IMG/VR virus record: IMGVR_UViG_3300046778_000014
Location: 1-28,442 of that record
DNA length: 28,442 nucleotides
DNA from: a virus
Taxonomy: Duplodnaviria > Caudoviricetes
Direction: 5' to 3' (one strand)
In this document: positions 1 through 7,125 of the stretch, one piece after another
Position numbering within the stretch: position 1 is the first letter of the stretch
Layout: each line of letters opens with the position of its first letter
Made by a program: the position numbers and the translations under genes
The notes under the pieces: model-generated
Told to the model about the DNA's origin: nothing
The model's database searches: none
The model's input: the letters and a program-made list of their open reading frames with translations, nothing else

Positions 1-257
1 ATGTTAAGGCGTACGATTCCGCCAATGTTAAGGCGTTCCATTCCGCCAATGTTGAGGCGTACAATTCCGCCAATGTTAAGGCGTACAATTCCGTCAATGT
101 TGAGGCGTACGATTCCGCCAATGTTAAGGCGTACGATTCCGCCAATGTTAAGGCGTACAATTCCGCCAATGTTAAGGCGTACGATTCCGCCAATGTTGAG
201 GCGTACAATTCCGCCAATGTTAAGGCGTACAATTCCGCCAATGTTAAGGCGTACGAT
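1..257 (+). repeat. 24-bp tandem repeat, 10 full copies plus a partial copy (ATGTTRAGGCGTACRATTCCGCCA)
   Basis: Units read directly at 1, 25, 49 ... 217, 241 with no spacers; the array probably continues upstream of the window. Confidence 0.98.
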
Positions 258-386
258 AATTCCTATTTAGAAAACTGTACAGATAGGGAGATACTTCCCC
301 AATCAGATTATGCTGTAGTTAAAGACTACTACAAGCATAAAATCTATATCAAAAAATCAAAATTCGAAATAATAGAAGTTGAATAA
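3..386 (+). CDS. 5'-truncated octapeptide-repeat protein (NV[K/E]AY[D/N]SA repeats, probable beta-solenoid) with a unique C-terminal tail
   Basis: Frame 3 is open from 3 to TAA at 384-386: VKAYDSANVKAFHSANVEAYNSA...VKAYDNSYLENCTDREILPQSDYAVVKDYYKHKIYIKKSKFEIIEVE*. It fills the gap to the next gene at 404 and is absent from the ORF track because its start is outside the window. Confidence 0.85.
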   Translation, partial: VKAYDSANVKAFHSANVEAYNSANVKAYNSVNVEAYDSANVKAYDSANVKAYNSANVKAYDSANVEAYNSANVKAYNSANVKAYDNSYLENCTDREILPQSDYAVVKDYYKHKIYIKKSKFEIIEVE

Positions 387-403
387 ATTAATCTAAAAAA
401 ATT

Positions 404-880
404 ATGGAAGTAAAAGTAACTATTGCGACAACTCCCGAACTAACGGGCTTAGCCCTTGCAGTAACAAACTTGTTAAACGGACAAACTAGCTTTAGCCTAG
501 GACAAGCCGTAAAAGAGGTAGTAGGAAAAGCGGATACCGCTAAGGACGAAGTCGTAGAAGACGAGAAACCCGCTAAGGAGGAAAAACCTAAAGCGACTCG
601 TACCCGTACCAAGAAAGAGGAACCGGGGGTACAAGAACCTCCCAAAAAGGAAGAGGTAGAAGAGGAGGACGAGAAACCCGCCAAAGAAAATAAAGAAGAC
701 GAAACCGAAAGCGGAGCTATCACTATCGAGGACATCCGTAAGGTTCAACGCAAGGTATCCCTAGGAGGCGGTATTGAGAAAATGAAAGACCTTTTAGCGA
801 CTTTCGGCGTAGAGTCCGCTAGCGAGCTTAAGGAGTCAGATTACGACGCGTATTACGAGAAACTTGTAGAGCTTGTATAA
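404..880 (+). CDS. Hypothetical phage protein with an acidic/Lys-rich linker and small helical C-terminal domain
   Basis: 158-aa ORF; C-terminus LLATFGVESASELKESDYDAY resembles the small protein that usually precedes DUF2800 in APSE-type modules. Confidence 0.75.
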   Translation: MEVKVTIATTPELTGLALAVTNLLNGQTSFSLGQAVKEVVGKADTAKDEVVEDEKPAKEEKPKATRTRTKKEEPGVQEPPKKEEVEEEDEKPAKENKEDETESGAITIEDIRKVQRKVSLGGGIEKMKDLLATFGVESASELKESDYDAYYEKLVELV

Positions 881-2038
881 ATGGTAACTCCAACAGCACA
901 CGCAATATTAGGGCCGTCTAGCGCACACCGTTGGTTAGTGTGTACCCCTTCCGCCCGTTTCGAGGAACAAATACCCTCGGAAACAAGCGACTACGCGGAA
1001 GAGGGAACCGTAGCCCACGAACTAGCGGCCCTAATGTTGCAAAAAGAATGGGGTCTATTAAATCCCATAGACGTAGACCCTTGGGAGGATGCTATAGGAG
1101 ACGTTAAAGCTAACGCTTTTTATAGTAAGGAAATGCTAGAGTACGTAAAAGAGTATACAGACTTTTGTCTAGCTATTGAGGGTAAAGCCTTTGTAGAACA
1201 CCGATTTGCTTTAGAACCTTTTGTACCGTTAGGGTTTGGTACTTCCGATTGTACGGTTATTAATTGCCAAACTAAACGCTTAACAGTTGTCGATTTAAAA
1301 TACGGTAAAGGGGTTCGGGTACAAGCTACAGGTAACAAACAAGGAATGTTATACGCTTTAGGAGCTTTACGCGACTTAGACGTAGATAACGATATAGAAG
1401 TTATCGAAATATGTATACACCAACCAAGGGCGGGCGGTCTATCCCGTTGGGAGCTAACTGTAGACGAGCTACTAGATTGGGCTAACAACGAAGTAGTACC
1501 TAAAGCTAAGTTAGCTATAGCGGGACAAGGAGAGTTTAAAGCGGGAGAACATTGTAAGTTTTGTAACGCTAAAACTGTTTGCCGGGCTTACTACAAACTA
1601 TTTGAGGGTGTTCTTAACCTACGTAAGAAAGACCCTAGGGAACTTACCGACGAGGAGATAGCCGCTATACTCCTCCAAGCGAAACCTATTGAGACGTGGC
1701 TAAAAGCCGTACAAAGCGATATGTTAAAAGCCGCTAAGGACGGTATCCTACTACCCGGATTTAAGTTAGTTCCGGGACGCGGTAGTCGTGTGTATAAAAG
1801 CGAGGATGTAGTTATAGAGACTCTTATAGCCGAAGGTTTTACCCAAGACAAAATATTTAACAGCAAAATAAGAAGTATTACAGACTTGGAGAAAGAACTA
1901 GGTAAGAAACGCTTTAACGAACTATTCGCGGAAAATATTACGAATAAAGAGGGGGCTCCTACTCTCGTCCCGGACGAAGACGCAAGGAGCGAGTTTAACG
2001 ACCCTCTTAGTGATTTTAATGATGGATTTACAGAATAA
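881..2038 (+). CDS. DUF2800-family PD-(D/E)XK exonuclease (Cas4/AddB-like)
   Basis: HAILGPSSAHRWLVC, EEGTVAHE, GTSD...VVDLKYGKG nuclease motifs and HCKFCNAKTVC cysteine cluster; upstream of SSB and polymerase. Confidence 0.88.
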   Translation: MVTPTAHAILGPSSAHRWLVCTPSARFEEQIPSETSDYAEEGTVAHELAALMLQKEWGLLNPIDVDPWEDAIGDVKANAFYSKEMLEYVKEYTDFCLAIEGKAFVEHRFALEPFVPLGFGTSDCTVINCQTKRLTVVDLKYGKGVRVQATGNKQGMLYALGALRDLDVDNDIEVIEICIHQPRAGGLSRWELTVDELLDWANNEVVPKAKLAIAGQGEFKAGEHCKFCNAKTVCRAYYKLFEGVLNLRKKDPRELTDEEIAAILLQAKPIETWLKAVQSDMLKAAKDGILLPGFKLVPGRGSRVYKSEDVVIETLIAEGFTQDKIFNSKIRSITDLEKELGKKRFNELFAENITNKEGAPTLVPDEDARSEFNDPLSDFNDGFTE

Positions 2039-2053
2039 TAAAATTTAAGAATT

Positions 2054-2644
2054 ATGGCAAAAAAATCAAACGAAAAGAGTAAACCTACTTTTATGGTAAC
2101 GGGTTTAGTGAGAGCTTCATACCCTCATGTATTTGAAAAATACGCATTTAAAGACGAAGAGCCTAGGTATTCGATAACTATTTTAATACCTAAGACGGAT
2201 AAAAAAACTATAGAAGCTATCGAGAAGACTCAAAGATTAGCCTTTGAGGAGGGCGGAGAAAATATGTTTGGTAAGATTCCGTTTTCATCTGCTAAGATTG
2301 AAAAACCACTTAAAGACGGAGACGATAAACTAGAGGAAAAGCCCGAACAAATAGAGTATAAAGATATGTATTATCTAAAGGCTACTAGTTGGTATAAGCC
2401 AAAGGTAGTAGATAGGGACGCAAACATACCTATTATAGACTCTGACGAGATATACGCGGGTTGTTGGGTTAGGGTATCCTTGGAGTTCAAGGCCTACAAC
2501 AATGTTCAAAAAGGTGTAAGCGCCCGGTTATACAATGTTCAAAAATGGAAAGACGACGAACGTTTTGGAGGTAGCACTTCCAACCCGGAAGACGATTTTA
2601 ACGACGACTTCGAGGACGAAGGTTACGACGATTCACTAGACTAA
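2054..2644 (+). CDS. DUF2815-family single-stranded DNA-binding protein (T7 gp2.5-like)
   Basis: VRASYPHVFE, RYSITILIPK, PLKDGD, EIYAGCWVR, NVQKWKDDERFGG and an acidic C-terminal tail. Confidence 0.9.
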   Translation: MAKKSNEKSKPTFMVTGLVRASYPHVFEKYAFKDEEPRYSITILIPKTDKKTIEAIEKTQRLAFEEGGENMFGKIPFSSAKIEKPLKDGDDKLEEKPEQIEYKDMYYLKATSWYKPKVVDRDANIPIIDSDEIYAGCWVRVSLEFKAYNNVQKGVSARLYNVQKWKDDERFGGSTSNPEDDFNDDFEDEGYDDSLD

Positions 2645-2658
2645 ACAGTATTAACCCT

Positions 2659-2680
2659 AGGGCGGTTCGCCGCCCTTTTT
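2659..2680 (+). terminator. Rho-independent terminator
   Basis: AGGGCGG-TTCG-CCGCCCT hairpin followed by a T run, 15 nt after the SSB stop codon. Confidence 0.88.
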
Positions 2681-2693
2681 AATTTCTATAGTT

Positions 2694-2903
2694 ATGTGCC
2701 TATTTACAGATTTACAAACCTTGGATAAGATAGACGAGAAGTCGATAATTACCTATTTAGAAAATCTAGGCGGGTACGTGGTAGTTCCCAAGACTACGAT
2801 AAAAAAGATTGAGAGCGTACTTAAACGTTCGAGCAAATTAGCATACGATAAAGGCCGTATAAGCCTACATAACGATATAAAAGCAGTATTACCAAATGAA
2901 TAA
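2694..2903 (+). CDS. Hypothetical protein
   Basis: 69-aa ORF filling the gap and overlapping the polymerase start by 8 nt. Confidence 0.65.
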   Translation: MCLFTDLQTLDKIDEKSIITYLENLGGYVVVPKTTIKKIESVLKRSSKLAYDKGRISLHNDIKAVLPNE

Positions 2904-4860
2904 AAGGGAGTTACATATAGACTTAGAGACGTATTGCGAGGAGGATTTAAGGGTATGCGGACTTTACCGCTATGTCGAACACCCTAGTTTTGAGATACTA
3001 CTTTTTTCCTATGCCTACGATAACGACGAACCTACACGCTTAGACTTGACTAAGGACGACTTCCGCGGGGAGTCGATACCTAGTAGCGTAATTAAAGACC
3101 TCAAAGACCCCAATGTAGTAAAGATAGCGCATAACGCACCTTTCGAGATAGCTTGTCTAAAATCATACTTAAGGTTATCCCTATCTACTTCGCAATGGGT
3201 TTGTACAATGGTAAGAGCCGCTTATTTCGGTTTGCCTATGAAGTTGGAGGAGGTAGCTAAGGTATTAGGATTAGAACAACAAAAAGACACGAAGGGGAAA
3301 ACCCTTATAAACTATTTCTCAAAACCTTGTAAACCTAGTAAAGTGAACGGAGGACGTACGCGTAATCTCCCGGAACACGCTCCCGACAAGTGGGCGGACT
3401 TTGGAATATACGTAGACCAAGACGTAAGAACGGAGCAAGGTGTTTGGAATTATCTAAAACGCTTCGACTATCCCGAAAGTGAGGCTAACCTATGGACGGT
3501 AGACCATTTTATAAACTCTTTGGGAATTAGTATAGACCAAGATTTTATAAACGCGGCTATATCCGTAGATAACTCATTTAACGAGCTTGCAACTAAAGAA
3601 GCTAAACGCCTAACAGAATTAGAGAACCCTAACAGCCTCCAACAACTAAAAGCATGGATAACGGATAATACGGGTATCGAGGTTACTAGCCTAGCTAAAG
3701 ACGATGTTAGTTTTTTAATTGAGTCCTGGAAACTACCCAAGAAAGTAAAACGGGTTTTAGAATTACGACAATTAATGTCTAAGACCTCGACTAAAAAATA
3801 TACGGCTATGCTTAACGGCGTATGCAGAGATGGACGCGTAAGGGGGTTAGTCCAATTTTACGGAGCTTCTACCGGGCGTTGGGCCGGCCGTTTAGTTCAA
3901 GTACAAAACCTACCCCGCAATTACGAGGAAGACCTAGAAACCGCTAGGGAGATAATTAAGCTAGGTATCGACACCGCTAACGAGTGTTACGAGAATATCC
4001 CGGACATTCTTAGCCAACTGATACGCACGGCCTTTGTAGCTCCGAAAGGTTTTACGTTTGCCGTTTCCGACTTCTCCGCTATCGAGGCGCGTGTTATTGC
4101 GTGGTTAGCCGGGGAACAATGGAGGTTAGACGTATTCAATACACACGGTAAAATATACGAAGCGTCCGCCGCCGCTATGTTCGGCGTACCTATCTCTATG
4201 GTAACGAAAGGCTCAGACTTACGGGCAAAGGGTAAGATAGCGGAGTTAGCCCTAGGATACCAAGGGGCTAGCGGGGCCTTGCAACAAATGGATCGTAATA
4301 AGTCCCTAAACGTAGAAGAGTTACCGGGTCTTGTTTCAGCGTGGAGGACTTCTAACCCCGCTATCGTTAAGCTATGGAAAAAGGTAGAAAACGCGGCTAA
4401 GTACGTAGCGAAAGAGAAGCGCCCGTATAGCCTAGTCCTACCATACACTAAACTAAAATTCACTTACGAACGCGGTTACTTATTTATCGAGTTACCTAGC
4501 GGTCGTAAGCTCGCATATAGAGACATACACCTTACTAGCGACGGTAAACTAGCTTTTTGGGGTGTAAACTCAACTACTAAGAAGTGGGAACGTGTCTATA
4601 CCTACGGGGGTAAGCTAGTCGAGAACATAGTACAAGCTATCGCTAGGGATTGCCTAGGTAACATATTGTACAAATTGTACGCTAAGGGTTACCGGGTAGT
4701 AATGCACGTACACGATGAAATAATAGCGGAGGTACTTATAGAGGACGCTAAAGACGCCTTAAAAGATATTTCGGCTATTATGGCTATATCTCCTAATTGG
4801 GCGAAGGATTTACCCCTTAAAGGAGACGGTTATATAACTCAATTTTATAAAAAAGATTAA
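2896..4860 (+). CDS. Family A DNA polymerase with 3'-5' exonuclease (APSE/SPO2 type)
   Basis: Exonuclease motifs IDLETY, AHNAPFE, YVDQDV; TGRWAGR; motif A DFSAIEARV; motif B RAKGKIAELALGY; motif C VHDE. Confidence 0.96.
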   Translation: MNKRELHIDLETYCEEDLRVCGLYRYVEHPSFEILLFSYAYDNDEPTRLDLTKDDFRGESIPSSVIKDLKDPNVVKIAHNAPFEIACLKSYLRLSLSTSQWVCTMVRAAYFGLPMKLEEVAKVLGLEQQKDTKGKTLINYFSKPCKPSKVNGGRTRNLPEHAPDKWADFGIYVDQDVRTEQGVWNYLKRFDYPESEANLWTVDHFINSLGISIDQDFINAAISVDNSFNELATKEAKRLTELENPNSLQQLKAWITDNTGIEVTSLAKDDVSFLIESWKLPKKVKRVLELRQLMSKTSTKKYTAMLNGVCRDGRVRGLVQFYGASTGRWAGRLVQVQNLPRNYEEDLETAREIIKLGIDTANECYENIPDILSQLIRTAFVAPKGFTFAVSDFSAIEARVIAWLAGEQWRLDVFNTHGKIYEASAAAMFGVPISMVTKGSDLRAKGKIAELALGYQGASGALQQMDRNKSLNVEELPGLVSAWRTSNPAIVKLWKKVENAAKYVAKEKRPYSLVLPYTKLKFTYERGYLFIELPSGRKLAYRDIHLTSDGKLAFWGVNSTTKKWERVYTYGGKLVENIVQAIARDCLGNILYKLYAKGYRVVMHVHDEIIAEVLIEDAKDALKDISAIMAISPNWAKDLPLKGDGYITQFYKKD

Positions 4861-5897
4861 TGAAAGTATTATCACTATTCGACGGTATTAGTTGCGGTCT
4901 CGTTGCTTTGAAACGTGCGGGTATTCCCGTTAGTCGTTACGTAGCATACGAGATAGACAAGTACGCTAAGATAGTTAGCAAGTTTAACCACCCCGAAATA
5001 GAGCAACGCGGGAACGTGGAGGGCGAGGATTGGAGAGAATTTATAGGCTTCGATATGGTTATAGGAGGATTCCCTTGTACGGACTTATCTATAGCGGGAA
5101 AACGGAAAGGGCTAAAAGGAGACCATAGTAGTTTATTTTGGGAACAAGTAACAGCTATCGAGATTATTAAACCTAAATACTTTCTTGTCGAAAATAACTA
5201 CGGAATGCCTAAAGAGGCGGAGGATATTATTACCAAGGCTTTAGGAGTAGAACCTATCCTTATTAATTCCGCTTTAGTTTCCGCCCAACAACGTAAACGC
5301 TTGTATTGGACTAATATACCCAATCTAGAACAACCCGAAGACAAAGGAATACTTCTAAAAGATATTGTAGAGTATGGTATGGTTACACAAGCTAAAGCCT
5401 ACGCTATAACCGCTAACTTTTTTAAAAAGAACGTAAGAGATTGTATAGGTAAAAAAAGGGGCTCCGTTGTAGCGGAGCCCGTAAGGCTTCTTTCTTGGGG
5501 AGAAAGCCAAAGTACACGGGCTTATAGTCTCGACGGTAAATCGGTTTGCTTGGACGGCTCGAACGTATCAAAATACTTTGTACCTAATAGATTAGGAGTT
5601 ATCGGAAAAGGAGGACAAGGTAATAGAGTGTATAGCGTAGTCGGTAAATCGGTTTGTCTATCTGCTAATAGCGGAGGTAAAGGCGGAACGTCCGGGCTCT
5701 ATAAAATAGACTTACCCGACGGAGACTACATAATACGCAAACTTACACCCGTAGAGTGCGAACGCCTACAAACATTACCCGACCATTATACGGAACTACT
5801 TAGCGATACTCAACGCTATAAATGCCTTGGTAACGGTTGGACGGTAGACGTTATAGCTCACATATTCAGACAAATATTATTAAACGAAATAATGTAG
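4860..5897 (+). CDS. DNA (cytosine-5)-methyltransferase, orphan
   Basis: Motif I LSLFDGISCG, motif IV GGFPC, motif VI LVEN, motif VIII QQRKRLYW, motif IX RKLTPVECERLQ, motif X LGNGW. Confidence 0.94.
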   Translation: MKVLSLFDGISCGLVALKRAGIPVSRYVAYEIDKYAKIVSKFNHPEIEQRGNVEGEDWREFIGFDMVIGGFPCTDLSIAGKRKGLKGDHSSLFWEQVTAIEIIKPKYFLVENNYGMPKEAEDIITKALGVEPILINSALVSAQQRKRLYWTNIPNLEQPEDKGILLKDIVEYGMVTQAKAYAITANFFKKNVRDCIGKKRGSVVAEPVRLLSWGESQSTRAYSLDGKSVCLDGSNVSKYFVPNRLGVIGKGGQGNRVYSVVGKSVCLSANSGGKGGTSGLYKIDLPDGDYIIRKLTPVECERLQTLPDHYTELLSDTQRYKCLGNGWTVDVIAHIFRQILLNEIM

Positions 5898-5901
5898 CAT
5901 T

Positions 5902-6084
5902 ATGACAATAACACCCAAAGTAATAGAAGGGATTAATAAAGGCACTTGCCAAAGACGCTTACAGGAGGGTAAACCCGCTTTTTTCGTCAATTACATAGAA
6001 GACGGTACTAACAAATACGAGTTTTTTACACTTGTTTATCAAATGTATGCAAGGTATAACGCTCTAAATAATGTAACATTATGA
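5902..6084 (+). CDS. Hypothetical protein
   Basis: 60-aa ORF with ATGA overlap to the next gene. Confidence 0.6.
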   Translation: MTITPKVIEGINKGTCQRRLQEGKPAFFVNYIEDGTNKYEFFTLVYQMYARYNALNNVTL

Positions 6085-6674
6085 ACCGTGAAGAGTGGCT
6101 TATGAAAGCCGTAGACGAGATAGCGCCGATATTTGGGAGGCACGAAATAAACCTACCCGCCGTAAGGGTGTCGGTAGGTTTTCCTCCCAAGAAGGCCCTA
6201 GCCAAAAAAGGAAAGGCTTTAGGAGTGTGTTTTTACGCTGAATCGACTAACGATAAGATAGCACAAATATTTATTAGCCCTTTAGTTGAGGAGGTAACAA
6301 CGGACTACGGGGTACTCGCTATCCTCGTACACGAACTTATACACGCTTTGGGTTGCAAGGGACACCGTAAGGACTTTAAGCGTGTAGCGGACTTAGTAGG
6401 TTTGCTACCTCCGTATCCAAGTACAACCCCTACCGAGTGGCTAGCTAACGACCTAAAACGGATAGCGAATAGGTTAGGGCCTTTCCCGCATTCTGCAATA
6501 GTTCCGGGAGAAGGTACTACGGTAAAAAAAGATACGTGTAGGATGCTTAAGTACGCTTGTCCGTTTTGCGACTATACGATACGGCTTACTAAATCTTGGG
6601 CGTCGGTAGGTGTACCGTATTGTCCGAGTTGCGATGTTCAATTTGAAATACAAAATAAAGATAAGGATGATTAA
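6081..6674 (+). CDS. SprT-like zinc metalloprotease with C-terminal zinc ribbon
   Basis: HELIH (HExxH) followed by GHRKDF, and C-terminal CPFC...CPSC. Confidence 0.82.
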   Translation: MNREEWLMKAVDEIAPIFGRHEINLPAVRVSVGFPPKKALAKKGKALGVCFYAESTNDKIAQIFISPLVEEVTTDYGVLAILVHELIHALGCKGHRKDFKRVADLVGLLPPYPSTTPTEWLANDLKRIANRLGPFPHSAIVPGEGTTVKKDTCRMLKYACPFCDYTIRLTKSWASVGVPYCPSCDVQFEIQNKDKDD

Positions 6675-6948
6675 GATTATGGAGGGCTTAGAGCAATATA
6701 CTAACAGAGAAATAGCGGAAGAGCTTTTTAGTCGTTGTAAACTATCCGATGTACTTTTTAAGTTTTCCGAAGACGAGGAGGTAATAGAGTATGTTAGAAA
6801 TCACATTTATATCGACTCGGATATTATAGACGCTAGGGGTATGCCTGACCGGGAGAAACTTCTTATAGTTTTTGCGGCTTTAGAAATAAAACAAGCGTTC
6901 CCCGATAAAGAGTACGTGTTTAACGAATTAATAAAACTCGGTTTATGA
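6667..6948 (+). CDS. Hypothetical protein
   Basis: Track ORF 6610..6948; in-frame ATG at 6667 (or 6679) avoids a long overlap with the SprT-like gene. Confidence 0.65.
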   Translation: MIKIMEGLEQYTNREIAEELFSRCKLSDVLFKFSEDEEVIEYVRNHIYIDSDIIDARGMPDREKLLIVFAALEIKQAFPDKEYVFNELIKLGL

Positions 6949-7118
6949 AGGCTAAAGACAAACTTAAGATAACTCGTATATCGGTTAAAGTTCCCGGTAT
7001 CGAGATACCCGTCGAACGGTTGGACGACTTTAGACGTGCAATACGTAATGCGGCTAGAAGGTTCTCCGCTATGGAGAAAGTAGACGTAAACCTAAGTTAC
7101 ACCGAAAGCAATAAGTAA
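6945..7118 (+). CDS. Small hypothetical protein (57 aa), not in the ORF track
   Basis: ATGA overlap at 6945-6948; MKAKDKLKITRISVKVPGIEIPVERLDDFRRAIRNAARRFSAMEKVDVNLSYTESNK*; ends 7 nt before the primase start. Confidence 0.7.
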   Translation: MKAKDKLKITRISVKVPGIEIPVERLDDFRRAIRNAARRFSAMEKVDVNLSYTESNK

Positions 7119-7125
7119 TATACTT

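Noticed and set aside
1-257. CRISPR array or diversity-generating retroelement target
   Set aside because: Units are contiguous with no spacers. Several differences involve adenines, but there is no reverse transcriptase or template/variable repeat pair in the window, and slippage explains the pattern.
1-270. Track ORF of MLRRTIPP repeats
   Set aside because: Probably the wrong frame: frame 3 gives NVKAYDSA repeats and runs on to 386, while frame 1 stops right after the array.
560-681. 14-bp direct repeat GACGAGAAACCCGC at 560 and 668
   Set aside because: Encodes a repeated DEKPA in a low-complexity linker; no sign of a mobile element or att site.
881-2038. Cas4 as part of a CRISPR-Cas system
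   Set aside because: No other cas genes or array; this nuclease is the normal neighbour of DUF2815 and the polymerase.
5085-5093. TTATCTATA inside the methylase gene, and a minus-strand ATTATCTATA at 23557-23566
   Set aside because: Both are intragenic and lack the HTMTA 3' half of the consensus; treated as chance core matches.
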